Shown here: one piece after another, positions 52,607 through 64,000 of the stretch | Layout of the letters: the number at the start of each line of letters is the position of its first letter | Position numbering within the stretch: the stretch's first letter is position 1 | Assembly (NCBI GenBank): GCA_030265395.1 | Contig: JARFYF010000057.1 | Span: 11,447,444-11,511,443, forward strand | DNA: 64,000 nucleotides | Reading direction: 5' to 3' | DNA from: Rhina ancylostomus | Taxonomy: Eukaryota | Program-made: the position numbers and the translations under genes | Notes under the pieces: generated by a model | Databases searched by the model: none | Told to the model about the DNA's origin: nothing | Seen by the model: the letters and a program-made list of their open reading frames with translations, nothing else

Positions 52607-53221
52607 GTGAGTTGCACACTGTACATTATAAATTCTGACTGATAGTGGGATTGACTGCCACTTTTTTTGCAATTGTAGTTTTAGCTGATTTGTCTGGCTT
52701 GCAAATCAAACTTGAGTTTTGGAGAGAACAACTTATTAGCAGCATTTGTTTTTGAGTGTAAGCAGAATTTACTGCATTTCTGTGAAATGAATCTTGAGCC
52801 TTTCTACATTGTTACAAAGTTAGGAAGCTCCTTCAAGAATATTTTGCAACACTCTTCAGAGTTGGAACTTGCCATCATCATCAATTTTGAGTTTCTATAG
52901 AGCGGTAATGGCAACAATTCCAAAGTACACTTGAGCTGAATCTCTTGAATTTTTTTTAAACTATACAACTGAACACTATATAGCTGATGGCGGGGTGGTG
53001 GGAATTGAAGTTTGAGCTGGTGCAAAAGTAGGGGAATCTGGAAAATGTTTGCACATATATCTGAACACATAACTTCAGTTACAGCAGAATGGAGTTTGCT
53101 TAACTAATCTTTGCCATTTTATGTAAATTTGTTTGCCCAATCAATGAATACTGAAATGTCTTACAAATTATCAAGGTACTAGGAGGATAATTTTCTCTTG
53201 CTCTATACTCCTTTTGCCTAG

Positions 53222-53338
53222 ATTTGGAGTGCAGATGCTGGTAAAGCACATAGCCCTCCTACTGACCTTCTGTGGAAGAGTCAGAGTTGGGGCACTGGGG
53301 ATGAGATCAAGACCGTCCTCGTCAACTCTGATGGAGAG
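53222..53338 (+). CDS. LMNB2: Lamin B2 exon 9 (Ig fold)
   Basis: 117 nt; [39 protein letters not shown]|gtatgg. Confidence 0.96.
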
Positions 53339-54423
53339 GTATGGTTTAAATGTATGAAAATTGTGAAGTGGTAAAATTTCACAGGAATGTTTTTCTTATT
53401 GCAGGAAAACATGGAATTTGAGGTTTTGTTGGAATGCAATATGTAAACAAAAAGCATAGGCATTAATGTCTGGCTCTGCTCCCAGCACTTTCTATGCTCG
53501 ATCATCATACACCACACTGAACTTAATATTTTTAAAATTCCTGACTTTTTTNNNNNNNNNNNNNNNNNNNNNNNNNNNNNNNNNNNNNNNNNNNNNNNNN
53601 NNNNNNNNNNNNNNNNNNNNNNNNNNNNNNNNNNNNNNNNNNNNNNNNNNNNNNNNNNNNNNNNNNNNNNNNNNNNNNNNNNNNNNNNNNNNNNNNNNNN
53701 NNNNNNNNNNNNNNNNNNNNNNNNNNNNNNNNNNNNNNNNNNNNNNNNNNNNNNNNNNNNNNNNNNNNNNNNNNNNNNNNNNNNNNNNNNNNNNNNNNNN
53801 NNNNNNNNNNNNNNNNNNNNNNNNNNNNNNNNNNNNNNNNNNNNNNNNNNNNNNNNNNNNNNNNNNNNNNNNNNNNNNNNNNNNNNNNNNNNNNNNNNNN
53901 NNNNNNNNNNNNNNNNNNNNNNNNNNNNNNNNNNNNNNNNNNNNNNNNNNNNNNNNNNNNTCCAGTTTTAAACTACCACTTTTGTTCCAAATGCATCCCA
54001 ATCAGCACAATGATAGTGGTGTATATGGTGGAGGGTGTCTTTGGTGTGAAGGTTGGCCTTTCACTCCATGAGGATTGTACATTCAAGTGACCTCTCAGTA
54101 CTGTCAAGATTGGATGCATCTCTTTTTAGACTAATTGTAGGTGGGGGGGGGGGGGGGCAGAAAGAAAGGTGACTAGTGTTGATTCACTTAGCAGTCAAGT
54201 CCTTCAGGGTGTGTTAGTGGTGATGCTACCAAGCTGGTCTTGGTCCCCCACCCAGGGTATATTTTACACCCTTAAGAGTTGTGTAGACAGTCATTCACCA
54301 GCTACGTAATTAGAAGAATCATTCCAAAACTGCACACGTTGGCAATTATCTTTCAGGGGGGAAATAACAATTTTAAGCTTGCTTTAAAAGTATTTCAGAT
54401 GCCAATGTGTTTTTCTTAAACAG

Positions 54424-54513
54424 GAAGTTGCAGTGAGAACTCTCCAAAAAACTTACCTTGAAGATGTGGAAGAGGAGCCTGAGTATGGAGAAGAAGACCT
54501 TTTCCATCAACAG
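54424..54513 (+). CDS. LMNB2: Lamin B2 exon 10
   Basis: 90 nt; EVAVRTLQKTYLEDVEEEPEYGEEDLFHQQ|gtaaag; GEEDLFHQQ is B2-type. Confidence 0.95.
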
Positions 54514-54839
54514 GTAAAGTGTAAATTCTTTGTTTTGATGCATCTAAATGCTTTACTGTAACCAGAACTATTTATAAATAGTCTTACTTGAGGTTTGTCC
54601 CTATTTTCTATAATCGCCTAAACCAGTTGTGTCCCATTTCTTCCTCCTGCTTCAATGTGCAGAACTTGGTGACCAGGTGAGATCAAATTATCTCAGAGCA
54701 GGGTTTTTTGGATCTGGTATGCAACAGCAACATGATTTACTTGCTAGATCATGGAACTTGAGAAATGGTTTGGAGGTGACTTCAAAATAAATTTTAATGA
54801 TTTATAATGGAATAAAATTAGTACTTTGTTTTATTTCAG

Positions 54840-54881
54840 GGTGACCCAAGGACCACATCTCGTCAATGTGCAGTCATGTGA
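54840..54881 (+). CDS. LMNB2: Lamin B2 exon 11, CaaX terminus
   Basis: ttcag|GGT; GDPRTTSRQCAVM-TGA (human LMNB2 ends GDPRTTSRGCYVM); total CDS 1728 nt = 575 aa. Confidence 0.96.
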   Translation, partial: GDPRTTSRQCAVM

Positions 54882-57699
54882 TCATCAAAATGTACCTTTT
54901 CCCAGAAGAGGGATTATTTTATCCTGAGTTACTTTGTCCAGAGCCACTGAGAAATATTTTTGTACGCAATATTTTCTTTAAACATTTGAGATCATTCAGT
55001 TTTAGTATTTTAATCCATGTTTTATTTTGTAAAACCTGAGTTCTGAAGGGGTTTTTATAGATCACTTAACACCTCAAAATGGTGGTCATGGGACATTATC
55101 AATTTTACATGGGCTGGGAGGGAGAAGAAAAACAATTTAGCCATATGGCCTCAGTCTACATCTATTGTGTGTAGATTGAGATTTGGGTTCAGTACATCTA
55201 GGGCTTAGCCATAGCACAGCATCGCGGCCTGTGTTAATCAGAATTTGGTTATTCTGCAGTTTTTCAAACCCAAAGGGTTGTTGTAAAAACTCCACCAAAT
55301 TGGTGTTAACCTCATACCCAAACAAAATTAGTATTGTTAGTGGTATGAAACTCCTTCATAGCTGCAGACGGAGTATTCTGAACTCTGATGCAGAAATCTC
55401 AGGTGTTTGGAGAAATGGGCTATAAAGATTTTTACTTTAATCCTGCCCAAAAGTACTGTTTGGCTATTCTGTACAAAACTACTGCATGTGATTGTAAGAA
55501 TTTGTATAATTGAAAGGAGGCTAACCTTTTTGGGCTTTGCATTGACTGATCTGGCAATGGGAGACAAATTACTTTTAATTGGATGAATTATGCAATCATG
55601 TGCATTTATTGAATGGAAATGTAAATATTGCATGAAAAACAGCAGAATACACCAAGCTTTTTAAGTTTTTCAAGCATCAGTGCTGCATGTAATCATTTAT
55701 GTTCTCATATTAAACCTTGTATTTAGTGTCAAATTTTCATTATTTAAGTTAGTACCTGATAATTTGGATATCTACTTGCTAATGCTATTGAGTATATTTC
55801 TGGCTGGTGTATTAATATTTTGGATGGTGGCTTATGGAATTTATTTTTTTTTCTTTGCTGATGGCTGGTTAGTATTTAACTGACAGTGATTAGTAGTAGT
55901 AGTAGCGTGCTTGTTTTAGAGGCTAGTTACATTGACTCTCAAATAAGTAACCAGAATTTGGGGATGGGGGAAGGAATGTTTCACAGCACTGGGACAAATT
56001 AAATTTTAACTTGAGGACAGTTTACACAGCAATTGCAGTAGCTGCCTTAATTTGCTGAGATTTAATTTCAGTTTTAATCGTTTTGCCTCATAAGTAAACA
56101 AATGTAAGATTCTATAAATGAGGTTTTCATAAAATAGTACATTTCATTTAAACTAGAAAAGTTTATTCCTTCATAACTGAGGTTTTCAGAAAACATCGTT
56201 ACTTGGAAATCTCAAGCAATAAAACTGCGGTTAAAAAGATCTGCAGCCAACTCTTGAATATTCACTCCTGTATTATTGTTTTAAATTTTGGGGATTTTTT
56301 TTGAGGGGGGAGCAGTTTTTAAAAAATCATTTTGCTTATATTGTCCACCCCAACTCCTGTGATTTTATGTATCATATATATGGTTAAATATATAATTTTA
56401 TGCTTGTATCACTTATGAACTTTTAAAATTGTTTCTCAGATGACTTTTTAAGTGGACTGAACACCTATTAATGAGGAATGTTGAGACTGAATGATGGAAT
56501 TTTGAATCCATAAGGTTTATTTGATCAAGTTTCCTAAATATAGTGAATTAGAATTATGTAATGTGAAATTGTCCTCCATTAGAAGTTGGTGAGCATTTTT
56601 ATAGCCTGGGAAACGATGTTTTAAAAAATGTACTTTTGCTTTTATATTAAACTTATTTGAATTATTATGGATGGTCTTAAAAATCATGTGCACATTGACT
56701 GTTTCTTAAATGATCAATTTACTGGTAAAATCATGATATGCATTGCTGTGATTACTTATAATCTTTTTAAAAGGTTGCGTTGCAAGGTTTCTGGTGTTTC
56801 CCTTGTAAAATCAAACACTTTCCACTGATTAAAAAGAAACACACAAAGCAGATGTGAAATTCAGTTTCTTATTTGAGAATTTTCATTAAAACATAGACCA
56901 AGATGGTAGATCTGTGCTCTCTTCCACTGGTATATACACAAGCGCACTCTGCCTTGTACCTTGTGCACACTATACACATATTTTGAATAGGCTATCAACC
57001 TAAAATCAAACTAAGGTAATGACTTTTATAGGAAAGCTTTAGAATAGCAAGGGAATTGAGATTCTCAAGTTACAGATTTGCCACATTTCAAAATTTAAAG
57101 CTTTACCATGTTACGCATCCTTATTCAGAGGGGGCAGAATGGCATAATTCATCTGAATAACTAATGTGAATTTTTGAGCAGTGGAATAAAACAATGTGAA
57201 CAGAGCCATTTCTGCCTGTCATTTTCACTTGAAGTAAATGCACCATGATCAGATTATATGTAGCTGGTGGTACAATAATTTGTTGAATTAGTTTGATTTG
57301 TAGATTTGTTATACTACTGCATCACCAATGACATTAGGACCTGATGATGTTTCTGGAAATGGGCATTAAAGCATGAACTACTTTCAGTGAGGTGTTACTG
57401 CAAAGAAAATACAACTATACTAAACATAAAATCCATAGAATTATGATCCTGCTTTAAATATCAGAACAAAGTGAATTTCAACTTGCCCATATAGCACAAG
57501 TATTGTGATTGTCCATTTAAAAAAAAGTAACTTAAATTTGCATTTGATTCCTATATTGAGTTGAGAATGTAAACTATCTTGATATGCCAATAAGCTAGAC
57601 ACTATCACTGAGGTGTTTTTCTATAAGGAGATGACATGCCAAAAAGCAAAAGTTCTGTAATTTGTAAACATTTTATAACTGGAAATTTTATGAACATTC

Positions 57700-57705
57700 A
57701 ATAAA
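57700..57705 (+). terminator. Probable distal LMNB2 polyadenylation signal
   Basis: AATAAA at the end of a ~2.8-kb AU-rich stretch with no recognisable repeats, followed by T-rich sequence; other AATAAA at ~56218 and ~57185. Confidence 0.55.
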
Positions 57706-59659
57706 TATGGTTTTACATATTAAAGTGGTTTAAAGCATTTTTTTTCTATGAGCTTCAAAAAGCAAGATATGTGACATGTAAGAAAGGATTGTTTTTGAGT
57801 TCATTTTAAAGGTGTTGGAAGCAGTTCTTAGCCTGAAAATCAACACAACCAATTTCTAATTTTTCCTTGCATGAAGAAAATGATGTGTTACTATGGTTTT
57901 TGTCATCCTCAGCTCAGAGGTAGATCTTGAGTCTTTTTTCAAAAGATTTGTTTCAAGTCTAATTTGAGCATCTAATTTTGTCCTTAATGTTGCCTTTTAA
58001 ACAAGGTTGTCTTACAAAGGAGGCTGTTTGAATATTTAATGTTCTGATGGCTACCTTTGTGTATTCAGTCCCTCCTCATAACTGAGATGCTCAATCCAGG
58101 CAACATCTTGGTGAATCTCCTGCACCTTCAGTGCAATCTTGTCTAACTGAAATTATGGTAACCAGAACTATATATAGCTGTGGACTAACCTGGCCCAGCT
58201 AATGAAAAAATACCCCACATCTTCCAGCTTGTTTATCTGTACTGCTACCTTCAGGGATTGTTGAACACTAAAGTCCCTTTTNNNNNNNNNNNNNNNNNNN
58301 NNNNNNNNNNNNNNNNNNNNNNNNNNNNNNNNNNNNNNNNNNNNNNNNNNNNNNNNNNNNNNNNNNNNNNNNNNNNNNNNNNNNNNNNNNNNNNNNNNNN
58401 NNNNNNNNNNNNNNNNNNNNNNNNNNNNNNNNNNNNNNNNNNNNNNNNNNNNNNNNNNNNNNNNNNNNNNNNNNNNNNNTGCCCTTCTTGAATAAGGGCA
58501 ATGTGGTTCTCTCACTTGTTTATGGTTCATGCAGACTTCAAAGAATCTGTGGCACTATTTCAATAGGAGTCATGCTTTGAATCACAATTATTTATGCTTT
58601 GCATTTGAGGTGTGTTTAGAAGAACTTTGTTTTGGTTGTGTTGGGTTATTACATTAGAGATAATTTGTTTAGCATTATTGGGAATCCAAAGGTCTTCATG
58701 TCAGTAATTTTCCAGCCAAGTAAATGGGTGAGTAGACCCAAAGTTTGCAACAGAGCCTTTCCTCATTTTTTCAGTGACTTGCTATCGTTAGCAAAGTTAA
58801 CATTTATTGCCTATTCTAATTGAATCAATGGCTGCAGCATGGTAAGAGGCAATTTGGCCCAGCTCTGAGGGCAGTCCCCTCTCATTACTCTTTTTCTTGG
58901 ATACTTAACCAGCTTCATTTTGAATGCTGTAGTTGAATCTGCTCCCACTATTAGTACTGGAAGTGTAGAGTACTGGAATACCAACTGTATTTATATGTTT
59001 AAAAAAAAATCCTTATCACCTTTGACACTAGTCTTCCTTCTATATTCTCAAGTTCTCAACTCTTGCCAATGGTAATGTTTTATATACAGGCTGTACTGAT
59101 TAACTTTTAAATACCTTCAAAAGTCTTCTTAGCTTCTCCAGTCTGACCATATAAGTAAGAACTTTTGCCCTGCAATCTTTTGGTAAAACACTTAGGTACC
59201 ATCTCCAGAGCATTCACATCTTAAAGTGGAGTGACCAGTATCAAACTGGCAGAAATGGCGGTGAGCTGCTCTCTTGAATGGCTACAGTCCTGGTGATGGT
59301 AGTTCCACAATTAGACCTAGAGATGATGAAGGAATGATTTATTTTTCCAAGTAAAGTTGTGTGTGACTTACTGGGGAACATGTGCTTGCATTCTCTATCC
59401 TTGGTTATAAAAGTTCTGCTTTGGGAGATATGAGGGGAGAATGGATGAGCAAGTCCAATGCATGTTATAGATCGTGTATGCTGAAGAGACTACTGATGGT
59501 GGAGGGAATGATTATTTAGAGTGGCAGATGGTTATCAAGCAGGCTGGCCAAATGATGTTGGAGCTGATCTCACCTATGTAAATGGAGAGTACCTTGCCAC
59601 ACTCCTGATGTGTTTTGTAGATAGTGGAAATTTTTGGAGTCTCAGGAGGTGGGTCACTC

Positions 59660-59993
59660 ACCACAGGATACTGACAAGGTCCTATGCAGGAGGTTGGTTA
59701 ACCAAATTGGATGACAAGGAATTGGGGGTAATTATACATCTATCAATTGAGAGTTGGGTATTGGAAAGAGCAAAATGTATGAATAGATAGAGACATCAGG
59801 TTGTTGGGCTATGACGAGGTACTGTCGGGATCAGTGCTTGATTCCCAGCTGTTCCTGATGCATATCAATAGTATGAGGCAATCAAAAATCGTATTCCTAA
59901 ATTTGCAATCATACCTAACCAGGAGGGATTTCAAGTACTGAGGAGGATCAAAGAGGCTTCATGGGGATTTAGACAAGCTGGCTGAGTGGATGA
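59660..59993 (+). mobile_element. CR1 RT fragment, left part of the LINE interrupted by the LTR element
   Basis: Ends 'ggggatttagacaagctggctgagtgg' (GDLDKLAEW); continues after 63463. Confidence 0.7.
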
Positions 59994-60339
59994 TGAACCG
60001 TATGGAAGAACTGTACAGAGAAAGCGGTGAATGCCCGTGCACACACCTGTGCACATGCTGGTCAGTCAATTTCCCAGTGGATCAATAGCGCAAAACATGG
60101 CAAGTACGCATGCACATACCTGCCGGTCAATCATTTGGCAGAGCAGCGGTGCCCTTCTACGCGTGAAGCATCCTTTTTGGCATAGGACTTCGGGGACTTG
60201 CACACTTTTAGGTCTCTGTCAACCTTCTCATTGATCTACAACTGTAAGCTGCTCAGTTTCTTTATTTTGATTAATATGAGTCAGTAAAGTTGTTTATTCT
60301 ACTGCACTGTTGTCATTCTTGCTCCGTGCATATGTAACA
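59994..60339 (+). repeat. 5' LTR
   Basis: TGAACCGT...GTAACA, direct repeat of 63113-63463; AGTAAA polyA-like signal. Confidence 0.88.
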
Positions 60340-63112
60340 ATTGGCGACAAGGAGTGAGAGCCCCCTCCCAAAAACATCAATATTTGCCAGCATTTGCAGA
60401 CCCACAGCTTCCAGTCAAAATCACATCAGCCTTCACAGAGATCCCATTGCTATGGTGAAAGTCATGTCAGTGGTCCAACTGCAAGCATCATAAGACCGCC
60501 TGCAGGTCCTGTCAGAAGATAGGGCACCTTGAGAAGGTGCGTTTTGCAAAGCAACGCACCATTGGAAGGTGACAATTCAACCATCAACTCCATGGAAAGA
60601 GATGGCTGGTGCGAAGAAGTGGACAGCATTTTCCAAACCCACGGAATGGGCAACAAGAACCAGCCTCCGTACTCGGTGACACTTACAGTGGAGACACTAG
60701 CCCGTGAAATTTGAGCTGGATGCCAGGTCAGCCATCACCTNNNNNNNNNNNNNNNNNNNNNNNNNNNNNNNNNNNNNNNNNNNNNNNNNNNNNNNNNNNN
60801 NNNNNNNNNNNNNNNNNNNNNNNNNNNNNNNNNNNNNNNNNNNNNNNNNNNNNNNNNNNNNNNNNNNNNNNNNNNNNNNNNNNNNNNNNNNNNNNNNNNN
60901 NNNNNNNNNNNNNNNNNNNNNNNNNNNNNNNNNNNNNNNNNNNNNNNNNNNNNNNNNNNNNNNNNNNNNNNNNNNNNNNNNNNNNNNNNNNNNNNNNNNN
61001 NNNNNNNNNNNNNNNNNNNNNNNNNNNNNNNNNNNNNNNNNNNNNNNNNNNNNNNNNNNNNNNNNNNNNNNNNNNNNNNNNNNNNNNNNNNNNNNNNNNN
61101 NNNNNNNNNNNNNNNNNNNNNNNNNNNNNNNNNNNNNNNNNNNNNNNNNNNNNNNNNNNNNNNNNNNNNNNNNNNNNNNNNNNNNNNNNNNNNNNNNNNN
61201 NNNNNNNNNNNNNNNNNNNNNNNNNNNNNNNNNNNNNNNNNNNNNNNNNNNNNNNNNNNNNNNNNNNNNNNNNNNNNNNNNNNNNNNNNNNNNNNNNNNN
61301 NNNNNNNNNNNNNNNNNNNNNNNNNNNNNNNNNNNNNNNNNNNNNNNNNNNNNNNNNNNNNNNNNNNNNNNNNNNNNNNNGTCGGTGTTTCGCAGCCACA
61401 CTTGGGACATTGTTGACGTATGGGGCATATTCATGGCAGAATGGTCCACCATGCAGACCTGTTCCACTTACTGGTACATATTGTCAGGGAAGCCAACAGC
61501 CTAATTTGCTGGCAGAAACAGGATTTAAAACATTCCATCAGTGCTATCCTATTTCAGTTGTACTGGGGGGAAACCCTGCATTGAATACTCTACTACAGAA
61601 GCACCTACATGTATTCCAAGCCGGTGTTTGGGTCAATAATGCAGTCTGGTGGCTAAGTTCATATTTAAGAACTGCCAGCTGGAGGTTTACAGGGCCCGCC
61701 TGGTGCTGTATACTGTGGGCCCAAAGGTGGAAGAAGAACTGGACCACCTGCAGAGAGCAGAGGTGATAGAGCCGGTGCAGTACTCAGAGAGGGCGGCTCT
61801 GATGTACCTGTCCTCAAGTCCGATGGATCAGTGTGCATCTGCAGCGACTACACACAGACCGCAAACCCTGCGACAAGACTGAATGTGTATCCACTACCAC
61901 GGATTGAGGACTTGTATACATCCCTATCGGGAGGCCAACGGTTCTCAACACTAGACCTGAAACAAGCCTACAGCCAGGTCACCCTGGATGAAGATTCTAC
62001 AGATGTTATGACAATCAATACACACGGGTCTGTTTCGGTACAAGCAGCTGCCATTTGGAGTGAGTTCTGCACCTGGGATACTCCAATGCCTCATCGATAA
62101 TTTAGTGAGATATTCCTCACGCTTGTGCTTATCTTGATGATATTTTAGTAACTGGTACATCAGAGTCCCATCACTTTGAGACACTAGACAGAGTACTTTC
62201 CTGTTTAGAGGAAGCCGGCTTTACTCTACAGAAAGAGAATGCACGTTTTTTGCTGACTCAGTCGATTACCTCAGCTTCAAAGTCGACAAAACAGGTCTCC
62301 ATCTGCAGGAGCACAAAATCAAAGCCTTAAAAGAGGCTCCATGTCCACAAAATGTGACACAGTTACGCTCACTCCTGGGACTAGTTGTGCATTAGAACCG
62401 GTTCTTAAATCAACTGACTACAATGTTAAAGCCCTTGTACTGACTACTCCAGAAGGACCAACTCAGGGAATGATCAAGAATCGAGCAACAAATAAAAATC
62501 GTTCTCAGTTCTCCGTCCACGTTGGTGCATTATGATCCTGAAATGCCCATAGTCATGAAATGTGACACCTTGCCCTATGAGGTTGGGGTCGCCTCCCACA
62601 TCGAGTGCCTTGTGGAACAGAAATGTCTATTGTTTTCACTTCAAGCACAATGTCTCGGGGGGAGACAAATTACATTTAGTGCCGATGACAAGGTCTACAC
62701 TCAACTCCCGCACAAAGAAGACTGACAACAGGTTGTTGTCTGACATTGTAAGAGATAATTTGCAGAACTTGAACTGCCAAATGGTCAAATTGTCAGGCGA
62801 CTTTTGGATCGGGTACGCCAGCAAACCAATGGAAGACCCAGTGAAACCACAGAAGTGACCCTGCCCACGAAGCAATCGTTCAAGCTGATGAACCAACAGA
62901 CACTTCATGATGTGAGGAGGACTGCCGATCTTGGCATCGGCTAATCAGGAAGACACCGAGAGAGAAGCTGCGCCCCTGTGGTGGTCCACCAGGCTGCATT
63001 GGCTGCTTGACCGATACCAGGGAGGATAACGATGGAAAAACCATTTCAATGTTTCCCTGTGTTTGCCTAACCTACTTTCCTTCCCTGCAGTTCCCTTCTA
63101 TGGGGGGAGGGA

Positions 63113-63463
63113 TGAACCGTACGGACGAACCATACAGAGAATGTGGTGAATGAGCAGGCACACACCTGTGCGTGCGCACGTGCCAATTGGTTGATCGCCC
63201 AGCAGATCAATGGCGCGAATGCGGCAAGTACGCATGCGCATGCCTGCCGGTCAATCACCCGACAGAGCGACAACATCTTCCTACGCGTGAAACATCACTT
63301 TTGGCATGGGATTTTGGGAACGCATGCGCTTTTAGGTCTCCGTTGACCTTCTCGTTGATCTATAATTGTAAGTTGCTCAATTTCTTTATTTTGATTAATA
63401 TGAATCAGTAAAGATGTTTATTCTACTGCTCTGTTGTTGTTCTTGCTCCATGCATACAGAACA
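63113..63463 (+). repeat. 3' LTR
   Basis: TGAACCGT...AGAACA, immediately after the polypurine tract. Confidence 0.88.
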
Positions 63464-64000
63464 AATGAAAATGCAACAAATAGAATATAATGTGGAAAAT
63501 GTGAGGTCATCCACTTGGCACACTTAACAGAAGCGCAGGATATTTTTGAAATGGTGAGATGGCTCCTGCTTATGTTCAACAGTGCCCAGGTGTGCTTGTA
63601 GAGGAATCATTAAAAGCCAATGCTGGTGCAAGAAGCAATTACAAAGATAAATGGTATGTTCACATTTATTAATAGTGGATTATAATAAAGGAGCAGAGGA
63701 CCCATTACAATTATGTAGGGCCTTGGTGAGACTGCTGTTGAGTACTGTGTACAGTTTTGGTCTCCTTGCCTAAGATGTACCTGTCAGAGAGGGAGTGCAG
63801 CAAAGATTCACTGAACTAGTTCCAGGGATAGTGGATTTGCTGTATGAAGAGAAATTAAGTAGAAACGCCTGTTTTCTCTAGAAGAGATTTTACAAGCTTT
63901 GTACAAGCCTTCGCAAACTGGATCCAGGGAGGATGGAGTGGGATGAGGAGAAATTTCTTTTCCCAAAGGATGATGAACCTTCAAAATTGAGGAATCTTTT
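63464..64000 (+). mobile_element. CR1 RT C-terminal fragment, right part of the interrupted LINE
   Basis: 'aatataatgtggaaaatgtgaggtcatccact' (YNVxKCEVIH), 'gagtactgtgtacagttttggtctcc' (EYCVQFWSP), 'gagggagtgcagcaaagattcact'. Confidence 0.8.

Larger units (their letters stand above)
59994..63463 (+). mobile_element. Gypsy/Ty3 (Mag-clade-like) LTR retrotransposon, internally deleted and pseudogenised
   Basis: Two ~350-bp TG...CA LTRs; PBS TGGCGACAAGGA at 60342; zinc knuckle CRSCQKIGHLEKV; protease FELDARSAIT; RT YPLPRIEDLYTSLSGGQRFSTLDLKQAYSQ...INTHG; RNase H LVHYDPEMPIVMKCD; PPT GGGGGGAGGGA at 63102-63112. Confidence 0.92.

Noticed and set aside
54143-54157. Poly-G run in LMNB2 intron 9 as a G-quadruplex
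   Set aside because: Isolated homopolymer of uncertain length near a gap; no other support.

Overview
Eukaryotic vertebrate genomic DNA from a gapped short-read-type assembly. The repeat landscape (V-SINE/HE1-like SINEs, Deu-type SINEs, CR1, Rex-Babar, Penelope-like elements) points to a cartilaginous fish, which is an inference. The window contains three intact intron-containing housekeeping genes reconstructed from GT-AG splice sites: the last four coding exons of mitochondrial Lon protease (LONP1, + strand, 1152-4042), the complete ribosomal protein L36 gene (RPL36, - strand, 105 aa, convergent with LONP1, TOP-like first exon near 14.4 kb) and the complete lamin B2 gene (LMNB2, + strand, 11 coding exons, 575 aa, CaaX CAVM, 37570-54881, long 3'UTR). 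The rest is mostly decayed retroelements. The most notable non-gene signals are: (i) a family of Penelope-associated terminal repeats carrying minimal hammerhead-ribozyme motifs, one of which forms a ~255-bp fold-back in LMNB2 intron 6; (ii) an internally deleted Mag-like Gypsy LTR element nested in a CR1, with tRNA-Ser PBS, PPT, near-TSD and asymmetric CpG retention between its LTRs; (iii) a ~61-bp near-perfect inverted repeat in LMNB2 intron 1. I found no convincing novel protein-coding system.
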